DNA from: Nemertoderma westbladi
Taxonomy: Eukaryota; Animalia; Xenacoelomorpha
Assembly: GCA_032718475.1 (NCBI GenBank)
Contig: JAUCBJ010003349.1
Coordinates: 19,666-83,665 of the forward strand
Direction of reading: 5' to 3'
Length of the DNA: 64,000 nt
Position numbers and translations under genes: made by a program
Shown here: piece after piece, positions 11,092-23,071 of the stretch
How the letters are laid out: each line of letters opens with the position of its first letter
Position numbering within the stretch: position 1 is the stretch's first letter
The notes under the pieces: generated by a model
What the model saw: the letters and a program-made list of their open reading frames with translations, nothing else
Told to the model about the DNA's origin: nothing
Databases searched by the model: none

Positions 11092-12088
11092 ATAGGCGAG
11101 TCAATCTAGCCGAAAAAGGGGGTCAACCCATAACAAATTCGCAATTCATCCAAACCAATTTTTTTTATTCTACATTACCTTGTTAATACCCCCAAAAAAG
11201 TCTATAAAAATATATTATGCGGATCACCTTCAATTTCCTGTTTCTTTCCTTAGCAACATGGATTTTACATAGCAACAAGGGGTCTATTGGTGGGATTTTC
11301 TCCAAATTTGGTACAGACAAACTTTACTCTAATGACTATCGATTGACAGAAGTATGCACTTCTATATAGTTACCAATTTAGTTTCCAGAGCAACGGAAAT
11401 TTGTCTAATAATTTAACCATTTTTAATACCAATTTTGCTGGTACAATATAAGGACCTTATTTACACAACTTCTCTACTAAACGGGTGGATGTAACCTCGC
11501 CCATCGGATTTATCGACCTCAAAAACCCTTATCCCCAAAAAATTTATTTGTTATATGATAAACTATTGTGGTTTTCAAACTAAAACAAATAAATAAATTA
11601 CACCTAAAATCAATAGAGCAATCACAATTTAATTATGTGAAAAATCTTCACTAACATTAATGGAAATTATGAAATTTCCTTGCAGTGGAATTGTATAATT
11701 TTTTTACAACAGTTATCCTTAATATATCGTGAAATTTTTGATATATTTAAAAATTTGATGCGACTTCTAGTTTCCGAGATATAGCAATTAATGTGTAACA
11801 CGCCAGTGTAAATATTACTAATTTCCCATTGAATCACAGCTTATTGTGAAATTAATTAAATTATTCTGGAACATCACCAATTTGCTACTTACTTTTCCCT
11901 ACTGTTCCTTTTGTTTGGCTTGTGTTATGCAAATTTACGCAGAATTTCCATGAATAAACATATGATCCGCAAAATAAAATTTTATAGACTTTTTTTTGGT
12001 CATTAATAAGGTAATATAGAATCCAAAATGTGTGGTTCGGATTGATTGCGAAATACTTATGGGTTTTTTGCTAGATTGACTCGACTAT
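11092..12088. mobile_element. Non-autonomous TIR element with ~135-bp imperfect TIRs
   Basis: ataggcgagtcaatctagc...aaaaagtctataaaa...gcggatca is inverted against tgatccgc...ttttatagacttttt...gctagattgactcgactat. Confidence 0.75.
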
Positions 12089-12286
12089 TAGAGTCAGTTC
12101 TAATTTGGAATTATTTAATTAATTAGAATTAATTATTTAGATAATTAAGTGAAGGCCTATAATTTGGTTATACTGTACTACTACAGTTCTAGGTCGTTTG
12201 CCTATAATTTGGTTATACTGTACTACTACAGTACTAGGTCGTTCGCCTATAATTGGGTTATACTGTACAACTACAGTACTAGGTAC

Positions 12287-12452
12287 CTTTTGAGTAACAG
12301 ACTAAGTAACTAACTACCCTAACTGAGTACCAGTTAAATAACTGGGAGCAAAACTTGAGATAGGTGTAGCGCCCACCCCTACCCTCGGGTAGCAGCTATC
12401 GAAAGAGGAGCCTTCGGGTCGCCTCCGGCTTCGGCCGACTGTTTGCTTTTTT
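12287..12452 (+). mobile_element. Structured SINE-like fragment
   Basis: GC-rich insert in the minisatellite with consecutive hairpins, two closed by C(TTCG)G loops, ending in a T run. Confidence 0.4.
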
Positions 12453-12477
12453 ACAGTACTAGGTCGTTCGCCTTTAA

Positions 12478-13224
12478 GGGGGGGGGGGGGGGGGGGGGGG
12501 GTACACCATTTTGTTCCAAAATATGTCGAAATTTTTTTATGGTCTATTATAATTATAATATAATTATAATGGTGTTTCCAAATCTGAAAACCGCTATTTA
12601 ATAGCTCTTTTAGTTTTCAAGTTATGTAAATTTCCATTTAGGGATTCCTATTGAAATTACTATTACTATGTATAATGAAAGGTCGATTAACTCAAAATAT
12701 TTTTTTCATGAAATTGTCAACTTCAAAGCCCTACTACTTCTACAATTTTTGAGTAATTAAGTCTGAAACTCTCTGTGGGTGTCTAGATAGCCATCCTGCA
12801 TAAAAGTATCAGACAACTTTTCTAAATTTTTTGTTAATAAAATTTAATACTATTTATAAAAAACCTAAAAATTAGCATAAATTTGCAGCGCCACCTAGCG
12901 GTGCAGAATTATTTTAACAAAATTTCGCCTGATAGTTATGTTGCCCCATCTTTGATCTATCATATAAAAAAACTTTCATGTGATTAGGTTCAAAACTGTA
13001 AAAGCCTTAGGGTTTTAAGCGCAACCAAGTTTTTTTTATTGTTAACTAGTATTAACTAATATTAAATAGCGAAAGAAAAAATTTTCTCACCTGTAATGTA
13101 GAGTAGCATCTTAGGCACCTATATGACAAATTTTAACCAAAACCAAACAATTCTGAAACGCATAGAGTGATAAATCGAAGAGTTGTCCGAAAATTGTGTA
13201 CCCCCCCCCCCCCCCCCCCCCCCC
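12478..13224. mobile_element. Kolobok-like MITE
   Basis: TTAA TSD (12474-12477 and 13225-13228); termini (G)n-TACAC...GTGTA-(C)n; purine-starting TIR with TTAA is the Kolobok signature. Confidence 0.75.
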
Positions 13225-13404
13225 TTAATTGGGTTACTGTACTACTACAGTACTAGGTCGTTTGCCTATAATAGGGTTATACTGTACTACAGTACTACGT
13301 TGTTCGCCTATAATTGGCTTATACTGTACTACTACAGTAGGTCGTCGTTCGCCTATAATTGGGTTATACTGACTACTACAGTGCTACAGTAGGTCGTTCG
13401 ATTT

Positions 13405-13900
13405 CGGACAGTGGAAATGAGGATGCTTTCAATTTCAATGGGTAGGCCTCATGAAGTTGGTTGCCATAACCGTAGATCTGGTATGACCTCGTCTTTATTT
13501 TGCCAGCATTGCCCACTGAATCTTAATCTGCATTCATGGAGGGTGGTTGATATAGGTGGTATTGTACCATAAATCTCGGTGTTTGTCTGTGTTGTCTCCC
13601 ACTAACGGCTACCCTTTTAGTAGTATTGTGTAGCAACCATCAATTCGTTGTTCAAGTGATTTCGTCAGTGTCCAGGTCACACGTACACCCCCGTATAAAA
13701 ATACTGTACTAATTAAACTCCAAACAATACCAGAGGATTTTTGGAATCCCGCTGGCTACTAGATTGACACTGGTTTTGCATAGGTACAGTAGATATAAGT
13801 CCTGTACAAACAAGGAGGGAAATTTTGGTAACAGCGCAAGGAGATGTTACAATTACCCTGTCTCATTTTGTGCAGTATTTATTTATACGGTACCCAACCA
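13405..13900 (-). mobile_element. Degenerate RTE LINE 3' fragment
   Basis: ggagggtggttgata-aggtggtattgtaccataaa...gcaaccatcaattcgttgttcaagtgattt is homologous to 19920-20085; ggacagtggaaatgag is shared with 19820. Confidence 0.75.
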
Positions 13901-13956
13901 ACTACATATGTATTTTATTTAGATTTATCATTTATTAACTATAAATTTTACAGTAT

Positions 13957-14400
13957 TACACCATGTCCTGGAATATAGTGTCGTTATTCAGGTACCTGCC
14001 CCCCCCCCCCCCCCCCCCAAATTTTTTACAAATCGTAATGAGATTGCATGAAATTTGAAATAGAGATAGTTTCACCTCCCTCCTCCTTGCTGGGTGAGCC
14101 AGAATTTTTATTTTCGCTTTCATTCTTTAGCTACAAGCGTTTGAAAAAGGTGTCTCCGTCGATATTGCACCAGTTACACCGCAGTTATTCTTCAAACATT
14201 TAGTGATTTGTTGGTACTAGTGGAAGGCTGACCGTGCAAGGCTTCCAAATATGTAAAAATATGTGAATTTGGTTGGGAAATTGCTGAGATATTGGCATTC
14301 GAATTTTGCATGTATTTGCTTCCACTGCAGGCCATTTATTCTATTAAATTAATACACAATGTTCTAGAACATTTTGATTATGTATGAATATCCTACATAT
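13957..14400. mobile_element. One arm of the TACACCATGTCCTGGAATA MITE family
   Basis: Homologous to 58417-58800, 59200-59626 (inverted) and 59974-60270. Confidence 0.75.
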
Positions 14401-14934
14401 AAAATTATATAATATATAATATATATATATTAAATATATATAAATATAAATAAAATAAAATATAAATAATATATAAATATAAATAAAATATAAATATATA
14501 TATATATTAAATAAAATTGCGTACAATGTCTTTGTGCAATTTTGTGTTGATTTCGCATTATTTATTCTAGATAAGTAAATCGATGGTAATTATTAATAAA
14601 TAGTATGAATATCCTACTAGTAGGATTATTACACTAGTATTATCAAAAAAACCATACGAAATATACCATATTCTGGAAGTTGGTTAGACTTCCTGTTTCT
14701 GGAAGTTGGAAGACAGTTAACTTCTACAATTATATCGAGAATATAATAATAAAATTAGTATTATCAGTATCATCTTGATACTAGCTATTCTGTATTACGC
14801 ATTATAATAATATTAAACAATTTCTTTGATGATTCATTTCAATAAGTAATTTCGACACTGAAGATGTTAGCTATTCATTTTGAAAAAAAAATTATATAAT
14901 AAATATGGATTTGATATAAATCATATTTGTTTAA

Positions 14935-15648
14935 CCCTATCCATACCGGGGGGGGGGGACTTTTGGAGACGCACTTTATTTGATTGCTTGGTTCAAAGCC
15001 AAACCACATTTATTGCAAGTGAAATTCCGTTACTTTTCCTAAAATTTATTATTCTTTATCTTAAAACAAAAATTAATTTTCATATTATTATTTATGACCA
15101 TGAAAATGACTCGTAAACTGACCTGTCTCTGAAACTGTCATATTATTGCTGAACTATTGTAGGGGGAAATTTAAAATTCAATCAATTTGATATCAATTTA
15201 AAATCAATTTAAACATAATTATATTATTATTATTATTATTACCTTTAATCCAGGCCTTAGCCCATAAAAACGAGTAAAACAAGCACACAACCAATCAAGC
15301 ACAGAGTATGAGTAAGTAGGTCACTGAAATCATACCTAAGAAAGAATACGTGATATTGAGTTAATACTACAAGTACGCGAGATCTCACGTAAAATAGAAT
15401 TCCAAGTTGTGTCAATTCTACGCAATAAACTCACGCATTAAACGCAATAAAATTATAGTATATAAATATTATATTTGAGCATTAGTGTGTGGCATATTTG
15501 GATAGAGGAATAAATTTTGTATCTAAAACTTTTTACTTTAAAGTAATATCATCACACCACACAAAGTTATATGCTTCCAAACTTTACGTCCCCAAAAGTC
15601 CCCCCCCCCGGTAGTTTGAGCGTCTAAAGTACCCCGGTATGGATAGGG
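14935..15648. mobile_element. piggyBac-like MITE A
   Basis: TTAA|CCCTATCCATACCGGGG...CCCCGGTATGGATAGGG|TTAA; perfect 17-bp TIR and TTAA TSD. Confidence 0.9.
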
Positions 15649-15652
15649 TTAA

Positions 15653-16974
15653 CCCTATATTAAACCCGGGGGGGGGGGGGGTCAATATGACCCCCCGTGG
15701 TTTTTTTATTATAATTCTGAAACAAACGCAGTTGGGAATCCGACATTTTATGACTTTTCCTAAAAATCTATTGTCTTCCTAGTAGTGAAAACCGTTTTCA
15801 AAAATATTGGGTACTTTTCGAGTTATAGCACCATTTTTCAACCCTACTTTTGGCACTTTTTTTGAGACGTTTTTTGAAAATTACATTTCATTAAATATGA
15901 ATTGTAACATCTCTATTTATTATTCACACCGGTTTTTTGGTGTTAGAAATTTGATGGAATTCATATAAATTGATTTAGAAAATTTAAACTTGTTTTTTTC
16001 GGTGGGTGCCAAATTTTGGTGCCAGCACCAAATTTTGAAATAAGTCAATTTTGTAAATTGATCGTTTGAAACTTGTTTTTTACGCAATTGGGGTTTTTTG
16101 GGTTTCTGAATTCGATGAAATATATACGAGTTGCACCAAGCGTATCAAACTTGTATTTTTCGGTGCTGTGTGCAAATTTTGGTGCTAGCACGAAATTTTG
16201 AAAATCGATTCAATAGATAAAATTGCTTGTGACAACTTATTTCTTGCGTTTTAGAGGTTTATGGCTGTTCTGAATTCAATGGAAAATATAATTATCGAAC
16301 TAGACATCTCAAACTTGTATTTTTCGGATGTGGGTGCAAAATGTGGTGCTAGCACCAAATTTTGAAAACCATCAAATATATCAATCGATTGTGTCACCTT
16401 GTTTCTTGCGTTATACGGGTTTGTGATGGTTCTGAATTCAATGGAATCAGTAAAAATTTCATAAGAGTTCTCAAACTTGTATTTTTCGCCGGTGGGTGAA
16501 AATTGTTGTGCCAGCACCAAATTTTGGAAAATATGCAAATTGATAAGTAGATAGTATCACCTTGTTTCTTGTGTTATACGGGTTTATGAGGGTCCTGAAT
16601 CCGATGGAATCAATAAAAACAGCACTGGACATCGCAAACTTGTACTTTTTGGTGATGGGTACAAAATTTGGTGCTAGCACCAAAATTTGCCAAAAAACGC
16701 CGAAAAATCAATTAGCCGAAAATGTAACTTTCAAATTTGGTGAAAATTGTGCACTACTTGTAATTTTGGTGCTGCAATATAACAACCCCAGTACATTTTT
16801 TCGAAAATTTTTTTTTTCGGTCGGATCCAGACAAGTGATACCTACGTACAAACAAAAAATCAGACCTTTTTCGTAAATATTTGTAGATTTTAGAGGGGGG
16901 GGGGGGGGTCAATATGACCCCCCCCCCCCCCCCCCGGTATTTGTACAACATTTTATAGCCCGGTACTAATAGTG
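15653..16974. mobile_element. piggyBac-like MITE B with internal ~170-185-bp degenerate repeats
   Basis: TTAA|CCCTAT...ATAGTG|TTAA; palindrome ggggtcaatatgacccc near both ends; aaacttgt...ggtgctagcaccaaatttt repeated about 5 times at 15985-16690. Confidence 0.75.
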
Positions 16975-17242
16975 TTAAGTCATATGTTATTTAATTATCT
17001 GTGAAAAATATTAAAGAAGAAGCTTCTTCACAAAGAAACATCACTTATGGTCTTGATTGAACTAATAAAATCATAAGTAGGTGATTAAATTCACCTACTT
17101 CTGCTACTTCTAATGTCAGACTACTGTCCACCAAGCCGCCGTACGTGTTTCAAGGTTCGTGCAACGACTACCGAAGTTCCGGGCCCAGTTGTGCGTGGTG
17201 GCCGGTGACCCAGTTACTGGTACCCACCCCGGGGCCGACGTT

Positions 17243-17826
17243 TGGGCATCGCACTTCTCAGTACGGCCACCGCGCTTCTCAGTTCGGGCACCGCGCTTCT
17301 CAGTTCGGGCACAGCGCTTCTCAGTTCGGGCACCGCGCTCCTCTTTTCGGGCACCGCGCTTCTCAGTTCGGGCACCGCGCTCCTCTTTTCGGGCACCGCG
17401 CTTCTCAGTTCGGGCACCGCACTCCTCTTTTCGGGCACTGCGCTTCTCAGTTCGGGCACCGCGCTCCTCTTTTCGGGCACCGCGCTTCTCAGTTCGGGCA
17501 CCGCGCTCCTCTTTTCGGGCACCGCGCTTCTCAGTTCGGGCACAGCGCTTCTCAGTTCGGGCACCGCGCTCCTCTTTTCGGGCACCGCGCTTCTCAGTTC
17601 GGGCACCGCGCTCCTCTTTTCGGGCACCGCGCTTCTCAGTTCGGGCACCGCGCTCCTCAGTTCGGGCACCGTGCTCCTCTTTTCGGGCACCGCGCTTCTC
17701 AGTTCGGGCACCGCGCTCCTCTTTTCGGGCACCGCGCTTCTCAGTTCGGGCACCGCGCTCCTCAGTGCGGGCACCACGCTCCTCAGTTCGGGCACCGCGC
17801 TCCTCAGTTCAGGCACCGCTCTCCTC
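17243..17826. repeat. GC-rich 21-bp minisatellite, about 27 units, two interleaved variants
   Basis: Units ttctcagttcgggcaccgcgc and tcctcttttcgggcaccgcgc are directly visible. Confidence 0.95.
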
Positions 17827-18162
17827 TCCGTTCGGGCGCCGCCCTCTTCTCAGTCTGTTTAAATACCACCCATATGGCATATGACTGCATCACCCTTCAA
17901 TGCGATCACTATTTACAAATCAATAACTGTTATCATTACAATCTCTTCTATACGCCAGCATCCTTCTACCATCAATTTATCTCACCTCACCTGTAACTGC
18001 TTATCGTTTGCCGTCCCATTTATTGCTGTTTCATATTTTATTGCTGTACCGCCCGATTAGGCTAATAGGGCCTACTTTTGTATCACCATTTGGCTACTCC
18101 GGTTACATTTTCTTACCAAATATTGCAAATATTGTTATCATTTCGACATTCAAAAAAGTTTA

Positions 18163-18753
18163 ATGGATCCAAACACCACAATCAATCTCAGTTCCGATTT
18201 TATATCCGATAGCGTCCTCCTCTTTGACCCTCCATCTGTAGATAAACCATCTTTCCTCCTGGCTGGCCGTTCCATCTCTGAAGCCGACATCAGCACCCTC
18301 TCAGGCAAAAACTGGCTGAATGACAATATTATCGAGGCAATCTCTGAATTCTTCTGCCTCCAATACCCCGGTAAAGCAAAGGTTTTCAGCACCCAGTTTT
18401 TTAACACCCTCATGTCACCCAACGGGATCTCTAGGGTCCGCCACTGGTCCCAGGCAGACACATTTTCCTATGATGTACTTTTTTTCCCAATAAACGTGGG
18501 GGGCTATCATTGGTCTTTGGCATCCTTCTCCCCCCAATCAGGGGTCATCAATTACTATGACTCATTCGGTGGAATTGATGGACAGTGTGTAGCTGCCCTC
18601 CAACACTGGGGGGTTACAGCCACTTCATCACGTCACAGCATCCAAACGCCCCCAACTAGGTACCATAACCATTTAGGTTATTTTCTTATTCGCTGCCGTG
18701 TCTATGCCACATATTTGTTGCTTACGTGTTCTATTCAGAAATTATATATATAA
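18163..18753 (+). pseudogene. Ulp1/SENP-like (clan CE) cysteine protease, C-terminally incomplete
   Basis: LSGKNWLNDNII...FSTQFF...VRHW...FFPINVGGYHWSL...YYDS; catalytic His and Asp are present but the QxxxxDCG cysteine motif is absent. Confidence 0.8.
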
Positions 18754-18769
18754 CTGAATGTTTTTATTA

Positions 18770-19000
18770 AAATGTATCACTTGTAATTTTCAATGTAATA
18801 AATTTGACTCGATCAAGTTGTAAAAATGAATATTTATACAGATGTTTTTACCTGTAATATGATTATGGTGTTTGTTTTTCCCACGACTTATTGTTAAATT
18901 TAACATTGCAATAAAAACAAACATCGCAATCATATTACTGGTAAAAACAAAGAATATTCATTTCTACAACTTAAACATGTCAATTTATTACAGCGATACA
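18770..19000. repeat. Imperfect ~230-bp palindrome (MITE-like)
   Basis: aaatgaatatt...tgtttttacctgtaatatgatt...tgtttgttttt is inverted against aaaaacaaaca...aatcatattactggtaaaaaca...aatattcattt. Confidence 0.65.
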
Positions 19001-19559
19001 GTTTAAAATTTATCATTTATAATATTTTTCGTATTTATTTATTATTATGGCTTTAATGCAAAAAACCGGAGCAACAAACAGCTGGAGATTTACTTACAAT
19101 AAATATACTTGCACTGTAGTTCACAGCAAGTATTTTATTGTGAATTCTCAGGATGACAACGAAACAATCTGTTTTTCTCATCAAGATACCCGCTATTTGC
19201 TGGACATTCTAGAAACAACCAACAATCAACATCAATCCAGACAACCAATTAGTAACCAAAGCACCAAAGTAGGATATATCCCACTCTTAGTTTTGCGCGA
19301 GGAAATTTGAATATCGGATATATTTGAATACCCCACATCGGGTGATGTTTACGTTCAGAAACATGGCAAATGTAAACTTCTAAACAAAGCTTTTACTGAA
19401 GTTCTAATTCAATACAGGGGGAAATTATTGCAATTTCTCTCTCCACCGCTAGAGATTATTGGCAATCAATTCTACATTGAATTATCAAATCCAGAGTTTA
19501 TTGGATTTGTAACAGCATTCAAGGAAACCAACTATGTTGGTTTATGGAAAATCACCCTC

Positions 19560-19797
19560 AGATACGCTGATAGTGTTGGTTTTAGCTATTATACGGGTTT
19601 TAATTTGTCAAATCAGGAACTAACCGCTTTGTTGAATGAGTGAGATACGCAAATCGACGAAACAAGCAAGCATCTTTTTGATGATTTTAAAAATATCATT
19701 CAACTATCAGACCGTCTCAAAATGATTAAAACCGATAAAAAAATTATTATTACCAACACTGACAATCCTACTGAAGCGGGAGCAGGTGGAAATTATA
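19560..19797 (+). repeat. Left copy of a ~238-bp target-site duplication (right copy 22357-22595)
   Basis: agatacgctgatagtgttgg...gcgggagcagg-ggaaatt flanks the RTE on both sides; about 11 substitutions and 1 indel. Confidence 0.92.
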
Positions 19798-22346
19798 CTA
19801 CTACTCTACGAGCGAACTCGGACAGTGGAAATGAGATCCTTCTAGGCTTCCCGATTCTCCATAGTTGTCGCAATTTTGCGCTCGTCCACGACTACGCTTT
19901 CCATGAGTTCTGCGTTCACGGAGGGTGGTTGATACAGGTGGTATTGTACCATAAAGCTCGGCGTTTGTCATGTGTTGTCCCCAGCTGATGTTTAGGGCTG
20001 CCCTTAGTAGTCTTGTGTAGCAACCATCAATTCGTTGTTCAAGTGATTTAGTCAGTGTCCAGGTCTCACCCCCGTATAAAAATACACTTTCCACTGTGGC
20101 TCGAAAGAACTTAGTCTTCAGGTGCCTGGAGAGATCTGATTTCCAGATGGTATCCATTTTTGATAGAGCTACCCAAGCCTTTGCTTTACTAACTTCTATG
20201 TCCTTTTTGCTACTCTCTATCCATGATCCAAGGTACTGGAAGTCATCAACCTTCCTTAGTTGATTATTATCAATGGTTGTCAAGTTTCCATCAACATTAA
20301 AGGTCATGAATTCGGTCTTTGTAACATTTATATGCAATCCAACCTCCTTAGCAGCCCTCTCCACTATATTTAGTAGAAGCTGTGCATCTGCTAGCGTATT
20401 AGAGAGCAGGGCGATGTCATCCGCAAAGTTGGTGTCTGTGACTGTAGTTGCCGGATATCTACTACTTCTGCGTTCTTGAAGTGTGAATCCCAGATCTTCA
20501 CCCTTTATGGCCGTCCTCATTGCGTAATCCAGCACAATTGCAAATAGTAATGGTGCTAATGTGTCACCTTGCAGTACGCCAGCCAGGTTTGAGAAGAACT
20601 CAGTTTCACAATCTTGTGAGAATATAATTGTCACAATATAACAATTCAATGCCAGCAACAATTACTTCTGGTATTCCATAAGCTCTTAGGATTTCAAGCA
20701 TTTTACCTCTATGGATGGAGTTTAATGCCTTCTTGAAGTCCACAAAAGTCATGACAGCGGGGAGATTCTTTGACTTAATTCCTTCAATCAGTCTCCGTAG
20801 TGCAAGTATCTGAGCTATTGTTGATCTACTTGGTCGAAATCCGTTTTGGCTCTTACGCTGTAGTTTCTCTATGTGAGGCCTAATCCTATATAGAATCATT
20901 TTATTGTATATTTTGGCAGCTACCACAAGCAGAGAGATCCCACGATAGTTTGTTGGTATGCCAAGGTCTCCTTTCTTGGGGAGAGGCTTTAGTTGACCTT
21001 TAGTCCAAATTGGTAGTGGCTTTTCCCCTTTTAACATCCGGTTGCAAACATTCAATAATGGTCTGTTTAGCACTCCGGTTTTCCATACCTCCGCTGGGAT
21101 TTCATCTAATCCACTCGCTTTATTATTGAACATGCTTTTAATGCTTCTTTGGAGTTCGGCAGGTGTGAAGTCCCCTGTTTCTATAGGTAGTGTCTTGTCA
21201 TATATTTTCCTTGTAGGGCTGACCTCGATGTTTGGTGGCTGCCCAAGCAAGTTGCTGAAGTGATTTTTCCACTTCCCAACACATTCTTCAGGACTATCGG
21301 CTTTGAGGAGCCCCTTTGCACAACTTTTCCGACCAGATACCTCATTTACAGTTTGCCAGGTAAGTCTTGATTGTTGCTGTATGTGAGCAGTTGTAATTGC
21401 TTCAATTTTATCCTGTATGTACTTTTCCTGGCTGATGTTGTAGGCCAATTTAAGATCGTCCTTAGCTTTCTCAACCTTGTTAATGTTTTCAGTTGTTGGT
21501 TGTTCGGTTTTAACTTTGTAGGCTATCTTAAGATCTTCTCTCTTACAAGTAACCTCAGAGTTTTGCCATGGCACATACTGTTTTCGTTTGGGTTTCTGGG
21601 GAATATGCTTCTTAGCTGATTCCTTGTGGGCTGTTATTATATTCTGGTATATTGAATTGGTGGATTGGTCTTCATCCATTGACTGAAGTGCTTCAAAGCG
21701 GTTTTGAACTTCTACTGTATAAGCATCCTTTACAGCATTGTCAGTTCTGAGTTTCTCCCAGTCATATTTGATTTGCTTGCTTGTCCTGGGTTTGCTGGCT
21801 CTCAAACTGAGTCTGATCTCTGCAGTCACAATTCTGTGGTCCGAACCAATTAGCTTGAACGAGCTGTATGCCTCGCAGTTGATCATGCTGTTTCTCTACT
21901 TTTTGTTTATAAGGATGTAATCCAGTTGTGCTTTGGTTCCATTAGGGTATTGAAAGGTCCATAGCTTCCCCTTACTCTTTTCGAATGTGTTGTTTGTTGG
22001 TATCAATTCACATTCTTTATTTGGTCTAAAAGTAAGTACCCATTTCTGTTAGAACTGGTGTTATAGGTGTAACCCTTGATGTCTTCTGGGCTAATTTGTG
22101 CATTCAGGTCACCAGCAATGACTTTAACATTGTGTTTCGGAATGTCCTTTATAAGTCCAGTCAGTTCTTCATAAAACTTGACTGCTTGTTCTGGCCCTGA
22201 GGCATTGGTTGGACTGAAGCAACATATAACTGCTGCCTTGGGATTCCCATCAAATGTTGCGATCATAACCCTGGAATTTATAGATTCGATGTTGTTTAGG
22301 GTCTTAAGTGCAAATGGGCTTAGCAGAATTCCTACTCCACCAATTG
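19798..22346 (-). mobile_element. 5'-truncated, frameshifted RTE-clade LINE
   Basis: APE endonuclease (GGVGILL, IAGDLNA, GSDH); RT (NYRGISLL, QNGFR, FVDFKKA, GVLQGDTLAP, FADD, FQYLGS); (TAG)n tail near 19798-19805; internal deletion near the 3' end. Confidence 0.92.
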
Positions 22347-23071
22347 ATATATAGCTAGATACGCTGATAGTGTTGGTTTTAGCTATTATACGGGTTTCAA
22401 TTTGTCAAATCAGGAACTAACCCCTTTGTTGAATGAGTGGGATACGCAAATCGATGAGACAATCAAGCATCTTTTTGATGATGTTAAAAATATCATTCAA
22501 CTATCAGACCGTCTCAGAATGATTAAAACCGATAAAAAAAATTATTATTACCAACACTGATAATCCTACTGAAGCGGGAGCAGGCGGAAATTCTATTGAG
22601 TTGCATTACTTGAATGATAAAGCCCATAATAGTTTTTTCAAAGTAGCAATGGATGGTGTTTCTCTTACTGAGGCTAATGTAGATCGTTTTATCATTTTGG
22701 ATATACCCAAAGCATTCGTTGAGATTCCATCACCAAAACCAGATGTTGAAGAGAGTTGAGCTCAACCGCAACATGTCTTTCCTGAAATATTACCACGGAA
22801 GCCGAGATCGTCAAATTAACCAATGCAACAGCTGCAACGAAACAGAAAGTTGTTGTTACCTCATTTCCAGTAGATGAGGCTAATAATTTTACTTCAAAAC
22901 CCGAGGTCATGCCTGGAAACCCTTATTGGTGATTGGTGATTGTTTTAAAATTATTTCGCTCGGTAGCATATAAATGTTTAGATATAGCCAATAACATTTC
23001 ATTTTATATTAATCTTTGGTGATATTTTATTATTATTATTATTATTATTATATAATCTAAACAAACTTCAA

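Larger units (their letters stand above)
12155..13400 (+). repeat. ~43-bp minisatellite (gcctataattgggttatactgtactactacagtactaggtcgttc) interrupted by two insertions
   Basis: Copies at 12155-12285, 12453-12473 and 13226-13400. Confidence 0.85.
19047..22973 (+). pseudogene. Degenerate ORF with a PC4-like ssDNA-binding motif, split by the RTE insertion
   Basis: FVTAFKETNYVGLWK...GFNLSNQELTxLLNEWDTQID parallels PC4 (VRDFKGKVLIDIRE...[20 protein letters not shown]); pieces at 19047-19797 and 22596-22973. Confidence 0.45.

Noticed and set aside
12478-12501. Long G/C homopolymers as functional G-quadruplexes
   Set aside because: Most lie in MITE termini, and homopolymer length is unreliable in assemblies
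17145-17996. Four long ORFs of 200-283 aa
   Set aside because: By-products of a stop-free 21-bp repeat; no protein signature
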